In this document: piece after piece, positions 1 through 11,440 of the stretch
Position numbering within the stretch: position 1 is the stretch's first letter
Layout of the letters: each line of letters opens with the position of its first letter
Source of the DNA: Saccostrea echinata
Lineage: Eukaryota
DNA length: 64,000 bases
Direction: 5' to 3'
Assembly: GCF_033153115.1 (NCBI RefSeq)
Contig: NW_026889779.1
Span: forward strand, 6,510,001-6,574,000
Notes under the pieces: generated by a model
The model's database searches: none
What the model saw: the letters and a program-made list of their open reading frames with translations, nothing else
Told to the model about the DNA's origin: nothing
Translations under genes and position numbers: made by a program

Positions 1-1219
1 ACCAGGGTTAACAAAAGTACGACACGTGCTTGAAAAGGTCGTGATCATTGTATTAAAATACACTCTTCCTTTATACAGTAAGTATTTTTCAGGTTGAGGA
101 ATTGAAAAATGTTTGAATTTCTTGATGTATGCCCACTTTCAACATAGGAAAGCACAGTCGTTGATTTCATATGGCTTTTGATCGTGAAGCTTGTTTTTTT
201 TAACACAGAATAATTATCTTTTTTTTTTAAATTCAAGAGAATTTTGACATACATTTTTTTTAAATAATGCATTTAAAAATATGTATGTATGGATCTGTGC
301 GTTTTGTGTTATTGTCACAGATGAAAATTTACCATTGGACATTTTAACAATTTTACTTTGAATATTGTCTCTTTCAAATTCTACACGTCTGTTATTAATT
401 TAATGAGTTGTCATAATTGCGTCAATCCGTCAGGTTTATCTATCTTGAAATGTTTAATTATCTTAATTAGCCATGAGTGATATGACCAGATGGACTTCTT
501 CTTCTTCTTCCCTTGATGGAGTAAACTTAATTTGAGTGTTAAAACTCCAGTAATTCCATAGTGAACAGCTAAAAATCTATGTACACCGTATTAAAAGGGA
601 TAAAAATTTAAAAGTGGACAATTTAGTGGTGTAGAATATCAGACACGCTGATGGACTGTATTGCATGTCTGAAGGTGTCCACTGATGGTGAATTCCTAAT
701 TGTGGCTGTGCTTTGAGTTACTTAATAATTGTTTATTTATAAAAATAATCTTTAACTCTACTTGTAAATCAAATAACTCATGTCATATGTTACTCAAGTT
801 GTCAATTATCAGTCATGTCTTTAAATACGATTTTTTGTTAACATTCGGGGAGTTGGAATCGGGACGCTGTCCTTGATACTGTCCGACCCAACGAGAAATA
901 AAGGTCTGCAAATCGTAAGGCGGTTTTTTATCTTCTTACCAATAGTCCACCCCAGTGGCTTTGCGACAAGCAGACGCATCTAGAGCGGGGGTGTGATATT
1001 ATGCTGCATTATAACAATGATATGTAGATCAAATGTACGTATCATTCAGGTTGAATTGTAATAACCCCAAACCTTGAAATAATTTTATATTACTTCTAGA
1101 GGAACATTCGTGTTTCACATACATAGTCCTTGTTGACTTACATGTGTATTTTAATACGAAGTCTTTGTGACACATGGAAAAGCTCGAAATATTCAAGCCT
1201 ACAAAGGTAAGTAACTAAC

Positions 1220-3681
1220 CTTTGCAAATCACTGTAAAGTTCCGAACCATATTTCTTATCAAAGCAAGTTCCCCAAATGTTGATCCCGCAGTGACGTCAT
1301 ACAGATGCTGGATTATTTTGGAATCTGTAAAAGAATTTTAAAAAAAAATTATACAGATGTGCCAGACTTTGAGTGTTTTGCAAAGGTCATTATATTCAAA
1401 TCGTCGCAAATAACACATTATGAATGGAGCTTCTCCCACAACAACCTGGCAGTTAACAGAATTTTACTTTTATTTGTTATTACTTACTTGTTCTAGGATC
1501 TATATCGGTTCTTTGTACGGATGCATAACCGGAAATGACGAAATACATTCTAGATCCCATATCACCTTGCCGTATTATGATCCTATCGTTTTCAAATTGA
1601 TCATACCAGACTACCTGTGCCAACCTTTCCTTCACCGAACGAGAGTATTTTGTGAAGAATGGCAAACGATAAATAACTTCCTAAAATTAGAGGGGAAATT
1701 GCTAAAAACAAGTTTTTTTAAATATTTCTTTTTATATATTTAAGTGATATTTATTTCATAATATTTTGCGAACATTTTTGTTTTTAACTTTTCATAAAAT
1801 GTATGACATGTATATAGGTGAGAAAACTTTACAGATAAAATCTTATGGAAAAAAGTACTCTTTGTTTTCAGATTTTTTTCAATTCTTTGACAACATGTCC
1901 TTTAAAACATAATTCTTCTAACTGATGGTATGGAACTGAAATGATAAATTCATTATTGTGAAGAATTTCACTTGCAGTAAGTATTCGGACATCATCGAGA
2001 GTTCTGTGACCGATTGGCTTCCATAAAGCGTTTCGGGCAATGTTAGACAATCCTCCGTATGTTGTTGTAGCTGATTTGAAGTAACCAGGATCAAATGTCA
2101 ATTGCTCCTTCTTGGACATTCTCTGATCTCTCCTCTTCTGATTTTGGCATTCGGCAAGGAGATCTACTTTCACCTTTTGCCTTGTTACTCTTAGCAGATG
2201 TAATACATTCATGATTTTTCTAATGTATCTTTTCAGTGTATAGTGGGTCTGTTGTAACAGGACAAAATAATAATGATAAAAAAATTGAGAAACATTTACT
2301 TTTTGTACAAATACAAATATGTTCTAACCCACTTGATTCAAAAATTAAAAAAAAATATTTGCAAGAAACCCTTATTTATACATGTATTGACTCACTGGTT
2401 TAATATAATCGCTTTTGACTCGGTGTGGTGTTTCCTTCAAATCTTTGCATTTTTTCCTTGCGGATTTGACACGACGCAGTGTTGGTAATAAAGGAATCGT
2501 CTGTAACATAGGTAAATATGAAAGAAGAAAAATATAAAAACGAACACGTCACTTATATTGATAGGGTTAAGTTAAATATTTTTCTACTCTACATTTTCTT
2601 ATGCCTCATATATACATGTACTTCAAGATTTTAATTTTTTTCTCTCCCTTTCTATAAAACAGAATATCGCCATGCCTAGCTGTTTCCAAAAACATTATTA
2701 TCTTACATGCGTGAGTTTGGTCGCTGAAACAGGTCTGACCATTACATCCTCCGAGTGTTCTGTTCCAATGGCCAGAGAAGATGCCGTGCGCATGCACGTA
2801 GGAAGATCTGTGTCGCTAGCGCCGATTTCATTTAACTGAGGCAAGAATGCAGAGCGGGATTGGGTGTGGCGTTGTATCGGTGTGGTGGAGGATCTCTTTC
2901 GCTCGACTCCGTCGGAAGACGTTATAACATACAAAGGACGCAAAGATTCCTGGCTTTCTTTTTTGGGTAGATCTTTTTTCTTGTGCACCCTTCGAAAAAC
3001 ACTCTGCCTCCTGAGCCTCTTTACAGTATTACCGATTTCTAACTTTTTGACATCTTTTTCAATGTCAATATTATCTTGATTTACGTTTAACTTTTCTCGG
3101 TATAAGGTTTTCTGTGATTTTAATTTCAATTTAGCTGTCCCAAGTATCAATCGAATGGAGTCTTTATCATGCTTAAATTTTCTGGGATTTTTATCTTTAT
3201 CTATGATAGGCGGAAGGTTGAAAGACGATTCGCAATTTTTTACGGTTTCATCATCACACAAGAGAGAAACGGCTTCAATGCTACATATGCTAGTAAATCC
3301 CGCTCTGGAACTTCTGTTATGCGAGCTGCGGTTGTCCAGCTGTTGCCATTTCCTGGAGTCGGGTGTCTGACGGCTTTTACATCTCTCTGGTGTTTTACGC
3401 GTTTCAGGTGAAACATTCTCCTTATATGTTTTCTGCTCTGTTTTAGACAACCCTTTTGTTTGTCGTCTGTTGTATTCATTTTTAATGGAAGGCTTAGTTT
3501 TTTCGCCGGAATTGAACTTTGCGCTGCTGTCTTTCCTTTTGTATTCAATTCTTTTAAACACTTCCCCATACCGATCATGCAGACGAGTAATTCCAGCAGT
3601 CTTCGTTTCTTCTACCCATTCCAGTATACGCGAATGAGCTTTTAAACGAGCTTTTTCAAATGAATCCTTTGATACAGACAT
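1220..3681 (-). CDS. Cyclic nucleotide-binding domain protein (CNBD1/CNBD2-like), 5' part; gene continues beyond the left edge
   Basis: In-frame exons 3681-2707, 2500-2396, 2248-1976, 1680-1488, 1324-1220. The joined protein gives ...RTLDDVRILTEVIYRLPFFTKY...IIIRQGDMGSRMYFVISG...GSTFGELALIRNMVRNFTVICK, the cNMP-binding beta-barrel and phosphate-binding cassette (FGELAL..R). Long basic, low-complexity N-terminus. No further exon identified confidently in 1-1219. Confidence 0.8.
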
Positions 3682-4398
3682 TTTTATCAGTACTACGGTG
3701 TACTAGTACTGTATTCATTGTTCCATTATGATGTCATATGCTTATGGCGTCATAATAGAAATAAATGCGATATGACGTCACAGAGACAATGCATATACCG
3801 GTTGTTGTTGTCATTGTTGTTGTTTTTTTTATATATAAACTGCTAAGTTTTTGAATGAGTATACAATAGATTAGAGGCCTGCTAATTTTTTTTAAAATTC
3901 ATTAATAGTTTTTCTTTCTGTGAATGCTTCTAGATTGTGTTTTTAATCAATCATCAACATCGGGATCGGAGTTCCAGTACAAATAAATACATACACGTTG
4001 GAATCAGAAGGGTAAACTGGAGTCGTCTTTTTTGTTAATTTTGTGTAAGTTTAATCGAATTATTTGATATAATGAAATGGTGACATAATTTTCTCCTTTA
4101 TATGCGTATGCAATATCGTCGAGTATGAGAAACTCAAAGAAACAGTGCCACTGTAGCCATGTAGCAAATATAATGGAAAGTAAAATCCGAATTATCTCGG
4201 TGTCTTGTGTTTTTTGAAATTATTGCATCAGAGTCAACATACCAGTAACTAGTTATCTTGGAAAATATTATTGATATAAAGTTTTTCAATGTTAAATTAT
4301 GAAAAATTCCCCAAATTCTAGTTTTGTGTTGTTGTTTTTTCTACGCAATACCATTGAATGCAATAACTTGGCATAGACATCAATACTTTCAGATCAAA

Positions 4399-6493
4399 AT
4401 GGATGACCAGCAGATAGATCCACAGTTTGCACAAGAAGTACAGGTATAAACATATTTTCATTGCACACAGTGAAGTGCAGTAATAGTTGCACATAAAATG
4501 TGAAATTTATATAACGTACTTATGACATACATATCTACAGGTCCAGTCCAAAGACTATTTCTACCTACGTAGCTATTAATAGCTACCAAGGTATTTAAAC
4601 CTACTCAAAGAAGCTATTTTTACCTACTTTTTGCATTACTTGCATTTTGTGGCCAAACGGCCGAACAGCGCAACAAGATGAGTACCAAATTTTTTGATAC
4701 AGTCACACTGATGATGAATACAACAAAATTTTGGCCAAAAAAGGATTACTTTGTAAATTAACAATTTTGCATAGTAATTAAAATGCCAAATTGTTAATTT
4801 ACGAAGTAATCATTTTTTGGCCAAAATTTTCTCGTATTCATCATCAGTGTGACATGTATCAAGAAATTTGGTACTCACCTTGTTGCGCCGTTCGGCCACA
4901 AAATGCAAGTAATGCAAAAAGCAGGTAAAAATAGCTTCTTTGGGTAGGTTTAAATACTTAGGTAGCTATTAATAGCTACGTAGGTAGAAATAGTCTTTGG
5001 GCTAGACCTGATCTATAATTATATATAGATGAATTTCAGTAAAAAGGATGAACTTTTTATCTAACCAATTGTTTATAATGGATTTAATTCAATCCTTGTT
5101 CCAGGCACACTGCTAGATTCAAACCTAAGATGTTTAACATAAGAATGACTATAAGAATTCATCCAAGTACCCCACATAAGTGAATTTTATGGGTCTTTTG
5201 AATGAGGCTTTAGAAACTAAGGTCCCCTGTCATAGTAGGCATTGGCAAAAAAAAACAACAACTCATTGCTATGGCCATAAACACCATGCATAGGACAAAA
5301 TTGTATCACTTCACATAAAGGAGGTGACAGCTCTACATGCATCAACAATTCTCATATTGGACATTAAACAACATACAATCAATCAAATAAAAGTATAACA
5401 ACACTTGCTCAAATAGTCTCATATTTTTGAGACATAAAATCCAAAGCATAGTTGTTCGCAAATCCAAAAACTATACTGATGTGCGTGCGTGTTACTTTTA
5501 GTAATACTCACATTGTGGCATCATCATAATTCATAAAAAATATAATTATATTGCAGAAGTTATTTTGTTAAGTGATGTCTATAGTCAGTCTAGATAAAAA
5601 AAAAGTTGAAGAATTTAGATGTATTGGTTACAGTTTATTAATCACTTAACAGTCATAACCTAAGGTTAAACCCATCAACTAAAATGTGATATCAGGCCCG
5701 TAGGAAGCAATTTCACTTTGAGGGGGCACAACCATACATTTTCAGTTGGGGGGGGGGGGCACTATCAATTACCAAAATTCCTTGACAAGCAAAAAAAAAA
5801 AAAAAAAAAAAAGTCATCAGACATTATTATTGAGGGGGCACAAGCATATAGTAGCTAAATGTTTTCTATAGTATTCTATGTATCGGCAAAATTATTGGGG
5901 GGCACGGCCCTCCCATGCCCCCCCCCCCCCCCCCCCCCCCCCCGGTTTCTACGGCCATGGATCATATACAGTGAAACTCGTCTAATCCTGATGTAATATA
6001 TTCTGAAATATTGCCTATTACAATGTAAGCTTTAAGTTCCTTTAAGTTATTTCAATTAAAATATTCTCTAATCCAGAATGTTGTCTAATCCAGCCAATTT
6101 TTATGGAAGCAGTGGTGTCGGGATTAGACAAGTTTTACTGTGTTTCATTTGCCACTTAAAACACTAGCCCCCCCCCCCCCCCCCCCCCCCAAAAAAAAAT
6201 AGAATAAACTATCACTCTACCAGAGTGATTTTTTTTCATTGGTTGATTTCATGACCATTCTTTTTGATTATTTAAAATTTTTTCAGATAGAGGTTCAGAA
6301 AGCCAAGATACAGCAGCAGTTAAACAAACAGACAGAGATGTGCTGGGATATTTGTGTTGGGTCCATGGTAGCCAAATTTGATGGTAGAACAGAGAGTTGT
6401 ATAACAAACTGTGTGGATAGATATGTGGACACAGGTTTATTAATTCAGAATCGATTTCAGGAGAAATTGTCAATGGCAGGACGGCTAGGATAA
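4399..6493 (+). CDS. TIMM8: Mitochondrial import inner membrane translocase subunit Tim8 (small Tim chaperone)
   Basis: Exons 4399-4443 (MDDQQIDPQFAQEVQ, CAG|gtataa) and 6287-6493 (tttcag|IEVQKAKIQQQLNKQTEMCWDICV...ESCITNCVDRYVDTG...). Twin CX3C motif and the CWDxC / NCVDRxxDT pattern of Tim8. Confidence 0.9.
4538..5010. mobile_element. Fold-back MITE, almost fully palindromic, CAGG...CCTG termini, 5-bp TSD
   Basis: caggtccagtccaaagactatttctacctacgtagc... mirrored by ...gctacgtaggtagaaatagtctttgggctagacctg; arms of ~230 bp; flanked by ATCTA at 4533-4537 and 5011-5015. Lies in the TIMM8 intron. Confidence 0.9.
5192..5390 (+). mobile_element. Degenerate SINE body and 3' tail
   Basis: Similar to the reverse complement of 8321-8470 (ggtccc.tgtc..agtagg..tggca...ctcattgct.atggcc) and ends in an aaacaacatacaatcaatcaa tail. 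Confidence 0.55.
5693..5959. mobile_element. Short MITE with G/C homopolymers
   Basis: Imperfect TIRs caggcccgtagga / ttctacggccatg; repeated gagggggcac motifs. TSD not clear. Confidence 0.55.
5969..6140. mobile_element. Tc1/mariner-type (pogo/Tigger-like) MITE
   Basis: ta|cagtgaaactcgtctaatcc ... ggattagacaagttttactg TIRs. Confidence 0.65.
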
Positions 6494-7694
6494 TGTCATC
6501 TCATTTTGTATTAAGAACTGTCAGAATTCACATATCAGAGTTGTAGACAACCCTGGCATTATAACTGAGGGATTTCAATATCATAAAGAAAAAGCGACTT
6601 ATATGTAATCTGAATTGATAGTGTAATTTTAAAATTACATAACTGTGATTATTTAAGATTTATAAGATCTTACTTTCAAAATAGTAACATATACAATATT
6701 CTACATAAAAGTTTATTATAAATATGTACAACTAAAAAGACCTGTTACATATTAATATCACAAAGGCATTGTTTGGAATGGATTTTATAATTCTGATAAA
6801 AAGAATTAAACACACATAAAAATACAGCTGTTGGAGTCATTTATGAATCTTTTGAGGAACAAGTAAATTTGTGTTTGATGTCATTGAACTAATAAATTTT
6901 CATTTAGTGAATAGTCATTGAACTTCACAATCAATTTTGTCACAATTCACAATGTTCTCTTTTTGATTGAATTAGGTTGTACAGCGTAGTCACAAAACCC
7001 CCAGTTACATGTATACTGCAAACAGTTTTACTATCCATTTGTAACTAAATAAGGTGATTATTTTACTAAATTCAAGAAGAAGAAACACTAATACAAATGA
7101 GCACTAGTAGCCTATAAGAAATAGTGTCTTAGGTACCTAGGAAGAAGGCTTTTTTGCCAGAATCTGAGCAAGCAATCAAATTTAGAGACTTTTGGTCCCC
7201 CACTTTTGGTGTATTATTGGTTTGAATGCATTGATTTATGGCATACTGTAACTCTTATCTGTCTTTTCTGTATTGTCTGTCGGACTCTGTCCATCATATA
7301 GAAAAGATTTAAATTTTTGAATTAATAAAAATTAGGGTCGGGTATAAAATTTCTGAAAACTGCATCAAATTTCAAAGTCAACATCTTGAAGTCAAATACC
7401 TGTATCCTAATACAATGTATGTTCCAAAATGTCTGTTACAAGTAAGGCCTATTACAGCAAGGACTATTATCAAAATATTAGTGCATCAATACTTTTTTTT
7501 GGCTCTCATGTTATTACCTCTCATATAATTTGCCTTTCTTGGTCTTTGAAGAACATTTCATAAGATAAGTTATTTTTGTGTCAATTTTATTTATCTATTA
7601 TAATTTTGCTAGTCTACCTGATCATTAAAACTGTGAAAGTACTTTTTGTATTATATAATAAATATTCTTGCATAATTCTTATTCTATTAACCTT

Positions 7695-8244
7695 CAATCT
7701 AATTAAAATTAGATGTTCCGAATCCGCTATCGCTTCTCAAACATCTAACAACATCCCATTCGGGGTCACGTCAGAGCGACCTTTCGATTATGAATAAACA
7801 TAAAAATTTTGGCCAATCAGATTCAACCTTCTGTATTCAATTCTAAAATTAGTTCCACGGCTACATCTCTATATTATTGATGCTCAGTAGACTTTCTTAC
7901 GTTGAATTAAAGTAATTTTGGTATAAATTGAACGTATAGTCCGCCAATCTGGCATTCTTACCTGAATAACGCAAACGAAAATGCACAAACTACTTATATA
8001 TCCCACACGTCACATTCATATATAGCACGGTCTTTACCATGCATATTTTGTTTACTACGAAACCTCTCGGGCGTTTAGGTTTGGCAGTAAAAAAAAGAAA
8101 CGCATCCGAACTATAAGCCAAGATTTCGACGACGGCGATTTCATTGGGTAATCGAAAGGTCGCTCTGACGTGACCCCGAATGGGATGTTGTTAGATGTTT
8201 GAGAAGCGATAGCGGATTCGGAACATCTAATTTTAATTAGATTG
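7695..8244. mobile_element. Mutator-like (MULE) non-autonomous element
   Basis: Apparently perfect ~95-bp TIRs (caatctaattaaaattagatgttccgaatccgctatcgc... / ...gcggattcggaacatctaattttaattagattg) and 9-bp TSD ATTAACCTT (7686-7694, 8245-8253). Confidence 0.85.
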
Positions 8245-8320
8245 ATTAACCTTTCAAATACATTATTTACAGTGATTAATTATCAAAGGGGAATGGCAAA
8301 GGGGAATAACTTCTCTCAGT

Positions 8321-8470
8321 TTTTTTGTTTGTATGTTGTTTAACGTCCCTCTCGAGCACTTCTCGGCACTTACGGCCATTGGGCAGGAAGGGATCTATTT
8401 CGTGCCAGCACCTACTGCGACACGGGACTTCGGTTTATACGGTCTCATCCGAAGGACCGGTCTCACTCTC
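8321..8470 (-). mobile_element. SINE fragment (3' part, reverse orientation)
   Basis: tttgtttgtatgttgtttaacgtccc tail followed by ...cgtgcca.cacctactg.gacacggg...ggtctcatccgaaggacc; related copies at 5192-5390 and ~14775-14990. Confidence 0.6.
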
Positions 8471-8519
8471 AGTAGAATACAAATTAATAGAGCTCTGGCT
8501 CAAAAAGCTCAAAAGTCCA

Positions 8520-8955
8520 TTAAACAGTACAAATTTTGGAGCAGAGCAAACACGGACCTCTAAAACATCAGAGATGGGATCAGGTGCCATGGAGGAATGA
8601 GCATCCCCTGCCGACCGGTCACACCCACAGTGTGCTCCTTGTCATGATCGGGAAATAATGGAAAAATCCGTCGATGACAATTAATGTGTAAATAATGGCA
8701 GAACAATTAGTATGAAAAACGTCAGTCAGCATTTGACTTAATGATAAATTGTATTTGCTGACAAGGTCATCGTATCAACCATAGAACTTACGAAATGACG
8801 ACTTTAAACGAGACTGGTAATATTCTTCTTTCATCAACTCGTTTGTTAATATAAACTTACCTCGATTTAGAAATTGTTAATACGTAGAGCATGCTCTTGC
8901 GTATCGAATCAACTGAGAGATATAAACCCCGTAGGCAGGCGGTGAAGGTATATTT
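8520..8955 (-). mobile_element. Penelope-like retroelement 3' fragment (end of RT plus 3' UTR), decayed
   Basis: Minus strand reads NIPSPPAYGVYISQLIRYARACSTY*QFLNRG, then gtgtgaccggtc..caggggatgc...ggcacctgatccca. Same family as 59285-59885. Confidence 0.65.
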
Positions 8956-9817
8956 AATATCCATGTTTTACGTTGAAAAGGTAACCCCCCCCCCCCCCCC
9001 ATGTCCGAATAAAAAAAAACTAATTCCAAAAACTACTGAAGTCTTAAAATTGAATTTGCAGCATTTCCAAAGAAAACCTAGAAATTTTATTTTAGAAATT
9101 GAAAAACTTTTTTTCTTTGGTAGGTTTTTGAAAACCTATCTAAAACAAAAAATTACATATTTAATATTTACTGTGGTATTAATTGACTTGTTTAATTTAG
9201 TTCCTTCAAAACATAATCCGAAAATTGTACTTGCATGTATATAGCCAAAGATCGTCGGAATCCGATATCAAATTAAACCTCGCATGTTACTTATCATATA
9301 TTGAAATAAGTAGAATATTTTATTCCATTCACTCATAAATAAGAACGCTGAAAGAGAGGAAAAGTGAAGGTAAATGGGGGAAAGAAAAATTGTGAGACTC
9401 TACCTGATAGCAAGTGGAATATGAACAACTGTTCGAGTTGTTTTGAACTACGTTTATATTCAAAACGTGAGTTAGACGTACAAATATCTATTCCAGCAAA
9501 CGTTTTATCCCCCCTCTCTCTCTCCCCATTCGGCAAAAAATAAACGGGGGTTTCAACCCCCAGAACCCCCTCTTGATCCGCCAATGGAGGGCAGTCTTTC
9601 TTGATTCAACACTGTGTAGGAAATAGTTGAAAAAAAAGTGGATCACTGTACAAGCTTAAAATTTAAAGGGTTTTCTCGGCTACGTGTTTAATAACCGAGC
9701 ATTTTATATCTCATACATGCATTCATGCAGTGGGCACTTGATGGATGAGTTTATTGATGAATACAGGCGTTGAAGGTAAAGGTAAACTGCACTAACATAT
9801 GGGTAAGTATATAGATA

Positions 9818-11349
9818 TGTAACCGGAAGTAGAACTCTTTAATGAATAACTTAACAAAGTTACTAGCCAACTTGGCTTAAAGCAGTAAACTGCCTCCAGT
9901 TATGATTGTCAACCCAGGTAAGGGGATATCTGAACTATGATCAACGCTAAACGAAAACACAGTTGTAAGTTTTATAAATTTAATAAAGTGAGAATTAACC
10001 TTTGCAATGATAACAAATAATAAATAATAGTCAAAATTTAAACAAGAATAAAGGGAGGAATGTAAAAAAAAAAAAACCTATGAAAATAATTTATGTCCCT
10101 ACTGAGCTTCCATACTTATGAAAAAGGCCAAAAATCCTATTAAAAACTGCTAAATGTCAATGATTTGGAAAAATGTAAGGGAAATGAGCTACATCACCCA
10201 ATATAAACTCTACTAATCAACACTCTAGAGTTGAACTTAAAATATTAAAGCTAAATCTGGACTCTAAAAATATCTAACCCAGAAAATAAACAACACCAAA
10301 AATAAATAATAAATAGTGAATAGTGGTTCTAGAAATTATATCTGTTATCTACAAATCCCTAGACCAGGCTGGACTTGGAAAGGGGAAAACTAAATTAACT
10401 CTATAAAACCTACACCTTAAAGCTGAACACGCTTCGTAAAAAGAATCTGTCCGCCATATTCGAGTGGACTATTGCTATATCTGAGGGCCCCTATATATAG
10501 AGCCGCTCGCTTGGTCACTGTTCAGTGCAATCAATCGTCACCGGTGTAGGCGGACGTACGCTACACAGCACTTGGTAGCGACAAAAATAACTGTGCTTCT
10601 TGTGATACAGGAGAGTATTGATACCAAAGAGATTTACAACAGTTGCACAGGTCAGTGCAGTATACGAACAAACACAAATATACGTAACTGCAATAAAATG
10701 TAAACAAAAGTAATGGAAGATAACCAGCACGAACACAAGTCGCCATTTCACGCCGATACCCGTGACAATAAAGCAGTCAGGTGTAACGAATGCGAAGAGT
10801 ATACCCTGGTGCTGATATCTTAGATAGTAATATCGAAAATGGCGTATGCCTATTTACGAATCGTGTTCAGCTTTAACTGTTTCCTAACAAAAATCTAGAA
10901 CTTGTGAAAAACGTGAAACTAAAGCTAGCTAAGACCTAGAGTACTAGGTTTTCTTAGCACAGTAAAGAGGAACTAACCATGAGGTTGTGTTCCCCAACCC
11001 AAGTGAAGAAAACTACACGAACACGGCTTTAAATACCCTAACTTTAGGCGCAAAAATAAAAGCCAATTAACATCAAAGATCCTACAACTAACTTAACCAA
11101 TCAGAACACAGCTACCAAAAGTACTATGGAAAGACTCCCAACATGGATGACACTTCCTGTTTAAAAAGTAAAACATGTGGAATGTCAACACATGTCCTAA
11201 CTTATAAAAGACAAATAATAAAGGGGTTTTACGTAAGTAACAACTGAAAACATAAGGTAAATAGAATTATCAGACTGAAATACCAACAAATACTTGCAAA
11301 ATATAATTTACGAAACGAGGGCTATGAAATAGAAATCTAAGCCACTACA
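9818..11349 (-). mobile_element. Solo LTR (Ty3/gypsy-type), 1532 bp
   Basis: TGTA...TACA termini, 4-bp TSD GATA (9814-9817, 11350-11353), internal TATA-like ctatatatag (~10491), no long ORF. Orientation inferred from the position of AT-rich poly(A)-like signals. Confidence 0.7.
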
Positions 11350-11440
11350 GATAGATATTTATCTTTTCGGATTTAGTAAGAATAGTCGGATTTTTTCGGT
11401 TCTGAATTTAGCTTGCGTTTTCTAATGTTGGTTAAGAAAA

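Noticed and set aside
940-979. Possible further CNBD exon (AG/GT-bounded 40 bp on the minus strand)
   Set aside because: Translation does not continue the cNMP-binding fold.
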